A stretch of DNA of 64,000 nt from Gemmatimonadales bacterium (GTDB lineage: Bacteria; Gemmatimonadota; Gemmatimonadetes; Gemmatimonadales; GWC2-71-9), in NCBI GenBank assembly GCA_035637355.1, contig DASPXJ010000056.1, positions 2,517-66,516 on the forward strand, given 5' to 3'. Below the pieces are notes generated by a model. It ran no database searches and was not told the DNA's origin. It saw only the letters and a list, made by a program, of their open reading frames with translations. The number at the start of each line of letters is the position of its first letter. Position 1 is the stretch's first letter. Made by a program: the position numbers and the translations under genes. Of this stretch, positions 36,231 through 44,649 are shown piece after piece.

Positions 36231-36591
36231 GACGAAAATCCTGCGTGGACTGCGTGGGGCGACCACGGCGACCGCCAATACGAGCGACGCGATACTCGAA
36301 GCGACGGAGGAGCTGCTCTCCGCCCTGCGGGACGCCAATGGCTTCGCGCCCGAAGACGTGGAGAGCGCGATCTTCACGTCCTCCCCCGACCTCACCGCCG
36401 AGTATCCCGCCCGCGCCGCCCGCCGGCTCGGCTGGAGGGACGTGCCGCTGCTCGGCACCGCGGAAGTCGCTGTTCCCAGCGGACTGCGGCGCTGCATCCG
36501 GGTGTTGCTGCACTTCTACACGGCCAAGCCGCAGCAAGCGCTGAAACATATCTACCTGCGTGAAGCCGCGAAGCTACGTCCGGACCGATGA
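36229..36591 (+). CDS. aroH: chorismate mutase, AroH class
   Basis: 120 aa. ILRGLRGATT..., SSPDL...YPA and CIRVLLH...YLREAAKLRPD resemble B. subtilis AroH. Confidence 0.8.
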   Translation: MTKILRGLRGATTATANTSDAILEATEELLSALRDANGFAPEDVESAIFTSSPDLTAEYPARAARRLGWRDVPLLGTAEVAVPSGLRRCIRVLLHFYTAKPQQALKHIYLREAAKLRPDR

Positions 36592-37745
36592 CGGTCAAAG
36601 TCAGCGCGCGCGGGGCTGAACGCTGGAAGCAGGGCCATCCGTGGATCTACCGCAGCGACGTCGCCGAACAGCCCGATAAGAAGCCGGGCATCGTCTCAGT
36701 TACCGATCGCAAGGGCAAGTTCCTCGGCCAGGCGCTGTACTCCCCCAGCTCCGAAATCAGACTGCGGCTGCTCACGCGTAGCGAGGAGGCGATCGACGCG
36801 ACGTGGTGGGCGGAACGGATCGCGGCGGCGGCCGGCCGCCGCCAGGGCATCGATGCCACCGGCTGGCGCGTGGTGCATGCCGAGGGGGACGGCTTACCCT
36901 CGCTCGTCGTCGACAAGTACGGGGCGTTCGTCGTTGCTCAGCTACTTTCTGCAGGCTTGGAATCGGCCCGGGAAGAGATCCTGGAGGCGATGAAAACGGT
37001 GCTCCAACCCGAGGGCATCCTGCTCCGCAACGACGCGGCGGTGCGCCGGCACGAGGGGTTGCCGTCGGAGGTCGTGCTGGCCTCCGGCCAGGTGCCCGAG
37101 GCCGTGGAGGTTGTCGAGGATGGCGTGAAGTATCTCGCGGCACCGTGGGGGGGACAGAAGACGGGCGCCTTTCTCGATCAACGGGAGAACCGCATCCTCG
37201 TGGGGCGGCACACGCGCGCGGGCGGCCGCGCGCTCGATCTCTTCGCCTATCACGGCTCGTTCGCGCTGCATCTCGCCCGCCACGCCAAGGAAGTCGTCGC
37301 CGTCGATCAGAGCGCGGAAGCGCTGGCGCGCGGCGCCGAGAATGCGCGTCTCAACGGCATCGGAAATATCGAGTGGCGCGAAGCGAATACGTTCGACTTG
37401 CTGCGCGAGCTCGAGCGGCGTCGCGAGCCATTCGACACGATTGTGCTCGATCCGCCCGCGTTCGCCAAGACCAGAGCCAACCTCGAGCGCGCCGTCGCCG
37501 GGTACAAGGAAATCAACCTCCGGGCGATGAAGGTTCTCGCGCCCGGAGGCGTGTTGTTCACGTCATCCTGTTCCTACCATGTGAGCCGCGACGTCTTCAA
37601 CGCGATGCTCAGCGACGCCGCGCGCGACTCGGGCCGCCGCATGCAGTGGCTCGCGGCGACCGGCGCGGCCAGCGATCACCCGGAGCTGCTCAACGTGCCG
37701 GAGACCGGATACTTGAAGGGTGCCCTGCTGCGGGCGGTTGGTTGA
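36588..37745 (+). CDS. rlmI: class I SAM-dependent rRNA m5C methyltransferase (RlmI-like, PUA N-terminus)
   Basis: GHPWIYRSDV start. A YHGSFALH segment is followed by the DPPAF motif (IVLDPPAFAK). Length is typical of the RlmI family. Confidence 0.7.
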   Translation: MTVKVSARGAERWKQGHPWIYRSDVAEQPDKKPGIVSVTDRKGKFLGQALYSPSSEIRLRLLTRSEEAIDATWWAERIAAAAGRRQGIDATGWRVVHAEGDGLPSLVVDKYGAFVVAQLLSAGLESAREEILEAMKTVLQPEGILLRNDAAVRRHEGLPSEVVLASGQVPEAVEVVEDGVKYLAAPWGGQKTGAFLDQRENRILVGRHTRAGGRALDLFAYHGSFALHLARHAKEVVAVDQSAEALARGAENARLNGIGNIEWREANTFDLLRELERRREPFDTIVLDPPAFAKTRANLERAVAGYKEINLRAMKVLAPGGVLFTSSCSYHVSRDVFNAMLSDAARDSGRRMQWLAATGAASDHPELLNVPETGYLKGALLRAVG

Positions 37746-37755
37746 TCGTTATTTT

Positions 37756-37875
37756 CGCGCCCTGAGAGGGCGCGCTCGGCTGTGAGGGCGCCCTTAGAGG
37801 GCGCACACATGCCGAGCCCGGGCTCTCAGCCCGGGTTTGCGCACACAACGCCGAGCCGGGGCTCTTAGCCCGGGT
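37756..37875. terminator. array of four GC-rich hairpins between convergent genes (putative bidirectional terminators / REP-like repeats)
   Basis: CGCGCCCT-GAG-AGGGCGCG (37756..37774), GCGCCCT-TAG-AGGGCGC (37788..37804), CCCGGGCT-CTC-AGCCCGGG (37817..37835), CCGGGGCT-CTT-AGCCCGGG (37856..37874). The last two lie in a ~36-nt direct repeat. Confidence 0.5.
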
Positions 37876-37879
37876 ACAC

Positions 37880-38542
37880 CTACGATCTCCCTTGTTCTCG
37901 CTTCCATAAAACGTACGACTGCACGATCGGAACCACCGCGATGACGACGATCGCCGCGATAACCAGAGGCAGGAAGGCGCCTTGCGGCAGGAACGCGCAG
38001 GCGGCGATGACCAATCCTCCCAGGACCATGAGCCATCCGCCGGTGCGATGGGTCTTCCGCCACACGGTGTCGCTCGAGAGCGTCCAGGGGGTGCGAATCC
38101 CGACGAACCAGTTCGGCTCGACGCGGGTGAGGTAATTCCCGAGGAACACCAGCAGTAGGCCGATGCCCAACGGCATCAGGCGAACGATCTTGACCGAGAA
38201 CCCGAGACCGGCGGCAATCGTCAGCGCCTGGGCGACGAGCAGGAACACGATCAGCGCGTGGGCGATGAGCCAGTAACTGGTCAGGAACTTGGCGTAATTC
38301 TCCCGCCGCGGATCCACCTTCGGCAGCACGTTGAACAAGACCGTCATGACGACCATGATGATCGGGGCGAACGCGAGCACCGACAGCCGGCTGGAGAAAC
38401 CGTCGGGCGTGCCGTCGAAGCGAAAGTGCGTGGGCATGGTGGGCGGCAACCGCGGATACGCCCACACCGCCATGGCGACGGCCACGGCGGCCATCACGAG
38501 ACCAAACCAACGGCTACGCATGCTGCTCTCCTTCCCCACCAA
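37880..38542 (-). CDS. SdpI/YhfL-family membrane protein (DUF1648)
   Basis: 220 aa with 5-6 TM helices. PTHFRFDGTPDGF near the N-terminus is typical of the SdpI family. Follows an ArsR/SdpR-like gene. Confidence 0.65.
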   Translation of the reverse strand: MVGKESSMRSRWFGLVMAAVAVAMAVWAYPRLPPTMPTHFRFDGTPDGFSSRLSVLAFAPIIMVVMTVLFNVLPKVDPRRENYAKFLTSYWLIAHALIVFLLVAQALTIAAGLGFSVKIVRLMPLGIGLLLVFLGNYLTRVEPNWFVGIRTPWTLSSDTVWRKTHRTGGWLMVLGGLVIAACAFLPQGAFLPLVIAAIVVIAVVPIVQSYVLWKREQGRS

Positions 38543-38792
38543 AGCGGGTCATGAAGTAGCGCACGACCTCCTGAAAGACGGTCGTGTTCAGCCGGTAGCG
38601 GATGAACTGCCCTTCGCGCTCGGTGGCGACGAGGTCGGCCGCCTTGAGCACGCCGAGGTGGTGCGACACCGACGCGAACGCGATCGGGAACTGCTCCGCG
38701 ATCTCGCCCGCGGTGAGATCCTTGGCGGTCAGCAGCTCGAGGATCTTGCGACGAGTCGGGTCGGCCAGAGCGCGAAACAGCGAATCCTGCAT
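38514..38792 (-). CDS. ArsR/SdpR-family transcriptional regulator
   Basis: Trimmed to MQDSLFRALADPTRRKILELL... Winged-HTH ArsR signature (ASVSHHLGVLKAADLV). Confidence 0.8.
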   Translation of the reverse strand: MQDSLFRALADPTRRKILELLTAKDLTAGEIAEQFPIAFASVSHHLGVLKAADLVATEREGQFIRYRLNTTVFQEVVRYFMTRFGGEGEQHA

Positions 38793-38871
38793 AGCAGAGA
38801 TATTTATACAAGTATCTAAATATGTCAAGGCAAGTTGACTAAATCAGCCCCCATCACAAACTTGCAGCACC

Positions 38872-39780
38872 ATGTCTGCGCCCCCGCCACCGCCCCCGGT
38901 CGCTAATGCCCTGGACCGGTCCCGCGCCGTGCGCCGCGTACTCGGGGGTCTCCTCATCGCCAACATCGCGGTCGTGCTCGCCAAGGCGACGATCGGCATG
39001 CTGGCCGGCTCGCTCGCCGTCCTGGGTGACGCGGTGCACTCCTCCGTCGACGCGGTCTACAATGTGCTGGGCCTCGTCGTCGTGCGCGTCGCATCACGCG
39101 AGCCCGACGAAGAGCACCCCTACGGACACGGCAAGTTCGAAACGCTCGGCGCGCTCGCAATCGTCGTCTTCCTGTCGATCACCTGTTTTGAGCTGGTCCG
39201 CAGCGCCATCGGCCGTCTCGTGTCGGGCGGGCATACGGTGCGGATGAGCGACGCCGGCCTCGCCCTGCTGCTCGCGACGCTCGCCACGAACATCCTCGTC
39301 GCCTGGTACGAAAACCGCCGGGGGCACGAGCTCGCCAGCGAGCTGCTCATCGCCGACGCGGCGCACACGCGTACCGATGTCTTCATCACGATCGGCGTCC
39401 TGATCGGCGTGCTGTTTTCGCGTCAGGGGGAGGGGGGGGGCCATACCTGGGTAGATCCGGTCGTCGCCATCGCCGTGGCACTGCTGATCGTGCGCGTGGC
39501 CTACCAGATTCTGAAACGCGTCGTGCCGGTGCTCGTCGACGAGCGCGCGATCCCCGAGCCGACGATCCGCCAATCGGCGCAGGCCGTCGCGGGCGTGAAG
39601 AGCGCCTACGGGATCCGCTCGCGCGGCGGCAACACGGGCGTGCGCTACGCGGAAGTCACGATCGCCGTCGACTCATCGGCCAACGTCGCCGCCGCGCACG
39701 CCATCGCCGATGCCGTCGAAGAGCGACTGAAGAAGGACCTGGAGCTGGAAGAAGTGACGGTGCACGTCGAGCCATGCTGA
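38872..39780 (+). CDS. cation diffusion facilitator (CDF) family transporter
   Basis: LAVLGDAVHSSVD and HTRTDV motifs, six TM helices, and a C-terminal cytoplasmic domain. Confidence 0.85.
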   Translation: MSAPPPPPPVANALDRSRAVRRVLGGLLIANIAVVLAKATIGMLAGSLAVLGDAVHSSVDAVYNVLGLVVVRVASREPDEEHPYGHGKFETLGALAIVVFLSITCFELVRSAIGRLVSGGHTVRMSDAGLALLLATLATNILVAWYENRRGHELASELLIADAAHTRTDVFITIGVLIGVLFSRQGEGGGHTWVDPVVAIAVALLIVRVAYQILKRVVPVLVDERAIPEPTIRQSAQAVAGVKSAYGIRSRGGNTGVRYAEVTIAVDSSANVAAAHAIADAVEERLKKDLELEEVTVHVEPC

Positions 39781-40643
39781 CCTCCCTGCCCTTTGAGCGC
39801 GCCAGCAAAACCACCGGCATGCCCCCAGCCCGGCGGCTGCCGCGCTCGCTCAAGCAGGAGTATCAGGAGTTCATCCTGCAGCGGCTCGAGGAGTACAAGA
39901 ACACCGTCCCACGGGCGGAGCTGCTGCAGATCGGCGACGAAGCGGTGCGGGAGCTGCAGGCGAGCGCCCAGGATCAGTATCTGCTCACCGAAGTGCTGCT
40001 GCTCGAGCATGTCGATCGCATCATCGCCCGGCGCCTGCGACTCCCTTCATTCCCCCGCTGGCGCCAGAAACACCGCGCTCTGCGGGAGGCACAGCGGGAA
40101 CCGACGCACTGGGGATTCGACCGCGGGCACCCGGTCGTCCCGTGGGCCGCGCGCGTCGAGCCGGGCGACGTCGTCGTCGTGCTCGGCTCCGCGGCACTCG
40201 CGGAAGCGTTGTTTCTCGCGGCGCACGATGCCGAGGTGTTTCTGCTGGATCAGGATTTGGGTGCCGTGGAGGCAGCCGAGGGACGCGCCGTCACCGAACA
40301 GCTTGCCGGGGCATTCCAGGCGCTGGTCATCAACTTCGGGAGCTGGTTCCCCGATCTCTCACCGTCGCTCGTCGCGATCGCGCCGGCCGCGCTCGGCCAG
40401 CTCCGCGCCAAAGAGCGGGCGTCATTGATTGCCGACCTTCAGGTGCGGACGCCGTCGGGCGGGGTGCACGTGGTGCTGCCTCCCGAGGCCCCGAGCCGAG
40501 GGGTCATTCCCCTCGCCGCCGAGGCGCTCCAGAGCCTGTATCGGGGATGGCAGGTCCAGAACGGCCGCCGGTCCAAGCACTCGGGCTTCACCGCGATCAA
40601 GCCGCCGCGTCAGCTCGACACGGCGCGAAACGTGTCGGATTGA
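39774..40643 (+). CDS. hypothetical protein, possible Rossmann/methyltransferase-like fold (start uncertain; alternative ATG at 39819)
   Basis: 289-aa ORF with good codon bias. VVVVLGSAALAEALFLAAHDAEVFLLDQD resembles a nucleotide-binding beta-alpha-beta unit. Confidence 0.45.
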   Translation: MLTSLPFERASKTTGMPPARRLPRSLKQEYQEFILQRLEEYKNTVPRAELLQIGDEAVRELQASAQDQYLLTEVLLLEHVDRIIARRLRLPSFPRWRQKHRALREAQREPTHWGFDRGHPVVPWAARVEPGDVVVVLGSAALAEALFLAAHDAEVFLLDQDLGAVEAAEGRAVTEQLAGAFQALVINFGSWFPDLSPSLVAIAPAALGQLRAKERASLIADLQVRTPSGGVHVVLPPEAPSRGVIPLAAEALQSLYRGWQVQNGRRSKHSGFTAIKPPRQLDTARNVSD

Positions 40644-40673
40644 CGATTCGCCCTCCACTCAAAGACCGTAACT

Positions 40674-40746
40674 CGTTGTAGGACGGTACGTTGTACGCAG
40701 AGTGAACGTGGCAGGGCGCTTGCTTACAAGATAGCGTCCTACAACG
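40674..40746. promoter_or_regulatory. 12-bp perfect inverted repeat CGTTGTAGGACG / CGTCCTACAACG with a 49-nt spacer
   Basis: Read directly (40674..40685 and 40735..40746). A third related half-site, CGTTGTACG, is at 40689..40697. Lies upstream of a small ORF and fdhA. Confidence 0.4.
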
Positions 40747-40762
40747 TATCGGACTCTGCGCC

Positions 40763-40930
40763 ATGACCAGTCTTCCACTCATGATCGACGACGAACCGAT
40801 GGGCATCATTCTGCGAGCCGGCCAGCAGGTGCTGCGGCCCGCCAAGATTTGGGCGTATTGCTGGTTCCTCGATGAGGGGGAAGACGGCGATCACACCCAC
40901 CGCCATCTCCCGGTGGACCCGAAGATCTAG
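40763..40930 (+). CDS. small protein, 55 aa (not in the ORF track)
   Basis: Own translation: MTSLPLMIDDEPMGIILRAGQQVLRPAKIWAYCWFLDEGEDGDHTHRHLPVDPKI. About 78% G/C at third positions. Preferred over the antisense ORF 40739..40939. Confidence 0.3.
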   Translation: MTSLPLMIDDEPMGIILRAGQQVLRPAKIWAYCWFLDEGEDGDHTHRHLPVDPKI

Positions 40931-40962
40931 CAGCACCACATTCGGCTGCCTATTTATCAGGC

Positions 40963-43896
40963 ATGCCGACTCTCAAAGTCGACGGCCGCTCCCTCGAGGC
41001 TGCCGAAGGCCAAACGATTCTCGACGCCGCCCGGGCGTCGGGGATCGAGATTCCCACACTCTGCTGGTATCCCACGCTGTCCATCGTCGGCAACTGCCGC
41101 ATCTGCCTCGTCTCCGTCGAGGGGCAAGCCAAGCTGATGCCGGCGTGCGCGACGAAGATCGCCGACGGCATGGTGGTCACCACGCAGTCGCATGCCGCGG
41201 TCGAAAACCGCAGGGGCGTCCTGCGCCTGCTGGCGGAGCGCTATCCCGCCGATCACCTGCGAAACGGCGGCCGGGACAATCCGCGCAACGAGTTCGAGCG
41301 CTACCTGGTGCAGTACGACGTCGTGCCGACGCCGGTCGCCGACCGCGATCTGCCGCTGCGCACGGGCGACGAGCGTCCGGGCGATCCGATGATCCGCCAC
41401 GATATGTCCACCTGCATCCTGTGCACCCGCTGCGTGCGCGCCTGCGAGGACATCCAGGTCGTCGGTGTGCTGGATGTGGGGTACCGCGGCGAGCACGCCG
41501 AGATCATCGTCGGCGCCGACGGCGATCCCGACAAGGCGGGATGCACCTGGTGCGGCGAATGCGTCCGCGTCTGCCCGACCGGCGCGATCTTCGAAGTGAT
41601 GCCGCGCCAACGCTTCGCGCCCGAGCAGATCCGCTCTCCGGAAAAGATCGTGCACTCCGTTTGCCCGTACTGCGGCGTCGGCTGCCAGGTCGATCTGCAT
41701 GTTGCCGATAACAAAGTCATCCGCGTCACCTCTCCCGACATCGAGCTGAACACCCCGAATCAAGGATCCACCTGCGTGAAGGGCCGCTTCGGTTATGACT
41801 TCCCGCAACATCGGGATCGGCTGACGAAGCCCTTGATCAGGAAGGGGTGGACGAGGGAACGCGGCCGCTGGATCTGGAAGGGCCTGCACGGCGCCGAGCG
41901 TCGCGCGGGTCCGTGGCGCACGATCGAGAGTGAAGGCAAGAGCAGCAAGCCCGGTACGCCGCCTCGCGCCACCGGCAAGAGCGTGCGTGAGCTACCGCTG
42001 CTCGAACGGCTCGACATGGACATCCGCGATCGGGTCGCGACACCCGAGGACTGGTACTCGCCGTTCCGCGAGGCCACGTGGGAGGAAGCGCTCGAGCTGA
42101 CGTCTCAAGAGCTGCTGCGAATCAAGGCGGCCCGCGGGCCCGACGCGCTGGCCTGCTTCTCGTCGGCCAAGTGCTCGAACGAAGAGAATTATCTGATGAT
42201 GCGCATGTTCCGGGGCGCGCTGGGCACGAACAACGTGGACCACTGCACCCGGCTGTGCCATTCGACGTCGGTCGCGGCGATGCAGCGCGCGATCAACACC
42301 GCGGCCGCCTCCGGCTCCATGCGCGAGATCGAGCAGGCGTGCGACGTCATCTTCATCGCCGGCGCCAACACGACCGAGTCGCACCCGGTGTTCGGCGCCG
42401 CGCTGAAGCGCGCGCACGAGAAGCGCGCGACCCTCATCGTCGCCGATCCGCGCCGCACCGAGCTGGCGGGGCGCGCCGACGTCCACCTGCAGATGCAACC
42501 CGGCACCGACGTCGCCCTCTACTCGGCGATGTTGAATCACATCCTGTCGCTGGGGCTCGAGAACAAGGCATTCCTCGCCGAACGAACCCATGATTTCGAC
42601 AAGGTGCGCGCGGCGGTGCAGCCATACACGGCGGCAAAGGCGGCAAAAATCACCGGCATTGCCGCGGAAAAGATCGAGCGCGCCGCCGAGATGTACGCCC
42701 GCGGGCCGAACACGAGCACGCTCTGGGCGATGGGCCTGACGCAGCACGCCAACGGCACCGACATCGTGACGTCGCTGCTCAATCTGATGTTCGCCTGCGG
42801 CATGATCGGGCGCTGGGGCGCGGCGATGCTGCCGGTGCGCGGCCAGAACAACGTCCAGGGCGCGTCCGACGTCGGCGCCATTCCGTTCGTCTACACCGAC
42901 TATCAGCCCGTTGGCGACGAGAAGGTCCGGGCGCGTTTCGCCGCGACCTGGGGCGTTCCGGCCGATGCGCTGTCGCTCAAGAGCGGCCTGATGGTCACCG
43001 AGGTCGTCAAGCCCGAGAGCGGCGTGCGTGGGATGTACATCATGGGTGAGAACCCGGTCATCTCCGACCCCGACATCGCACACGCCGAGCATTGGTTTCA
43101 GGAACTCGAGTTTCTGGCCGTGCAGGACCTCTTCCTGACGGAGACCGCGCGCTACGCCGACGTGGTGCTGCCCGGGGCCAGCTTTTCCGAAAAGGCCGGG
43201 ACGTTCGTCAACACCGAGCGACGCATTCAGCTGACACACAAGGCGGTCGACTCCCCCGGCGAGGCCCGCGGCGATCTCGAGATCCTGATGGACCTCAGCA
43301 ACCGGCTGGGGCTGTCGACGACGTTCCGCGGCGCCGAAGACGTGATGCGCGAGATCGCGCGAGTGACTCCCAGCTGGGCGGGCGTGACGTACGAGCGGCT
43401 CGAAGGCGCCGGGCTGCAGTATCCCGTTCCGACCAAGGACCATCCGGGCACCGCGTTCCTCTTCGACAGGGCGTTCCCGACCGCGGACGGCCGCGCCACG
43501 TTCGTGGCGGTCGAGTACACCGATCCCGTCGAGCTGCCGGACGACGAGTATCCGTTCGTGATGAATACCGGCCGCCAGCTCTACCACTGGCACACCGGCA
43601 CCATGACGCGCCGCGCCAGCGGCCTCGATGCCCGCGAGCCGACCGCCATCGTCGAGATTCATCCCGAGGACGCGAAGCAGTTGCACGTGCGGGAGGGCGA
43701 GCTGGTGCGGCTCACGTCGCGCCGTAACTCGATGGTCAGCGCGGCGCGCATCTCCGACCGCGTGGCGCGCGGGCAGGTGTTCGTGCCGTTTCATTTCCGG
43801 GAAGCCGCCGCCAATCTGCTGACGAATCCGGTGCTGGACCCCTACGCGAAGATGGCCGAGCTGAAGGTCTGCGCGGTGCGAATCGAGCGCGCGTGA
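40963..43896 (+). CDS. fdhA: formate dehydrogenase alpha subunit (NAD-dependent type; 2Fe-2S + 4Fe-4S + molybdopterin domains)
   Basis: N-terminal 2Fe-2S (CRICLV), 4Fe-4S motifs (CILCTRCVRAC, CGECVRVCP), a MopB 4Fe-4S site (CPYCGVGC), and the active-site CTRLCHS with Cys rather than Sec. Confidence 0.9.
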   Translation: MPTLKVDGRSLEAAEGQTILDAARASGIEIPTLCWYPTLSIVGNCRICLVSVEGQAKLMPACATKIADGMVVTTQSHAAVENRRGVLRLLAERYPADHLRNGGRDNPRNEFERYLVQYDVVPTPVADRDLPLRTGDERPGDPMIRHDMSTCILCTRCVRACEDIQVVGVLDVGYRGEHAEIIVGADGDPDKAGCTWCGECVRVCPTGAIFEVMPRQRFAPEQIRSPEKIVHSVCPYCGVGCQVDLHVADNKVIRVTSPDIELNTPNQGSTCVKGRFGYDFPQHRDRLTKPLIRKGWTRERGRWIWKGLHGAERRAGPWRTIESEGKSSKPGTPPRATGKSVRELPLLERLDMDIRDRVATPEDWYSPFREATWEEALELTSQELLRIKAARGPDALACFSSAKCSNEENYLMMRMFRGALGTNNVDHCTRLCHSTSVAAMQRAINTAAASGSMREIEQACDVIFIAGANTTESHPVFGAALKRAHEKRATLIVADPRRTELAGRADVHLQMQPGTDVALYSAMLNHILSLGLENKAFLAERTHDFDKVRAAVQPYTAAKAAKITGIAAEKIERAAEMYARGPNTSTLWAMGLTQHANGTDIVTSLLNLMFACGMIGRWGAAMLPVRGQNNVQGASDVGAIPFVYTDYQPVGDEKVRARFAATWGVPADALSLKSGLMVTEVVKPESGVRGMYIMGENPVISDPDIAHAEHWFQELEFLAVQDLFLTETARYADVVLPGASFSEKAGTFVNTERRIQLTHKAVDSPGEARGDLEILMDLSNRLGLSTTFRGAEDVMREIARVTPSWAGVTYERLEGAGLQYPVPTKDHPGTAFLFDRAFPTADGRATFVAVEYTDPVELPDDEYPFVMNTGRQLYHWHTGTMTRRASGLDAREPTAIVEIHPEDAKQLHVREGELVRLTSRRNSMVSAARISDRVARGQVFVPFHFREAAANLLTNPVLDPYAKMAELKVCAVRIERA

Positions 43897-44612
43897 ACCT
43901 CGGCCTCAACGGAAGAGTAGCGCTCGTCTGCGGAGGTACGCGCGGCATCGGCCGCGCGGTCGCGAACCTGCTCACCGAGGAGGGTGCCCAAGTCGCGGTC
44001 AACGGCCGCGATCTCAAGACGGCGCCGTTCCCCGCGGACGTGACGATTCCTGCCGAGGCCGAGAAACTGGTGCAGGACGTCGCGAAGCAGTTCGGCCGGC
44101 TCGACGTGCTGTTCTGCAATGCCGGCGGTCCACCCGCGGCTCCGTTCAAGGACCAACCGGCGGATGCCTGGCGCAAGGCGATCGAGCTGAACCTCCTTTC
44201 CACGATCCATCTCGCGCGCGCCGCCGTGCCGATCATGACCAAGGCGAAGTGGGGTCGCATCATCTGCCTCGCCTCGGTCGCCGCCCTCCAGCCGCTGCCC
44301 GGCCTCATCCTCTCGTCGACCGCGCGTGCCGGAGTGCTCGGCTTCGCCAAAGCGTTGTCCGACGAGGTCGCGAAAGACGGCATCACCGTCAACAGCATCT
44401 GCCCCGGCTTCATCGCCACCGAGCGGATTGAAGAGCTGACCAAGGCCCGGCCCGAGATGATCAAGCAACGGCTGGCCGAGACGCCGATCGGGCGGATCGG
44501 CACGCCGGAGGAGCTGGCTGCCGCAGTCGTGTTTCTAGCGTCGGAACGAGCCAGCTATATTACCGGCGCAGTACTCGAGGTAGATGGCGGCTTCACGCGA
44601 TCGATCTTCTAA
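43893..44612 (+). CDS. SDR-family oxidoreductase
   Basis: VALVCGGTRGIGRAVA glycine motif, and NAG in CNAGG. The expected catalytic YxxxK was not seen on reading (ARAGVLGFAK in its place), so this rests on the Rossmann motif and length alone. Confidence 0.75.
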   Translation: MNLGLNGRVALVCGGTRGIGRAVANLLTEEGAQVAVNGRDLKTAPFPADVTIPAEAEKLVQDVAKQFGRLDVLFCNAGGPPAAPFKDQPADAWRKAIELNLLSTIHLARAAVPIMTKAKWGRIICLASVAALQPLPGLILSSTARAGVLGFAKALSDEVAKDGITVNSICPGFIATERIEELTKARPEMIKQRLAETPIGRIGTPEELAAAVVFLASERASYITGAVLEVDGGFTRSIF

Positions 44613-44649
44613 CGCATCCCGCTTCTCGCATCCCGCATCCCGAGCGCAC

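Noticed and set aside
40739-40939. 66-aa minus-strand ORF upstream of fdhA
   Set aside because: The overlapping plus-strand 55-aa frame has the higher third-position G+C and is co-oriented with fdhA. The minus ORF has no start context. Neither is certain.
42240-42275. Selenocysteine recoding in FdhA
   Set aside because: The active-site position reads CTRLCHS with an ordinary Cys codon. There is no in-frame TGA, and the ORF is uninterrupted over 977 codons.
41992-43794. 600-aa antisense ORF inside fdhA, with similar cases at 45762..46883 (inside kbl), 60377..61642 and 62252..63310
   Set aside because: They lie antisense to well-supported conserved genes, have Arg/Gly/His-rich low-information translations, and lack an independent start context.
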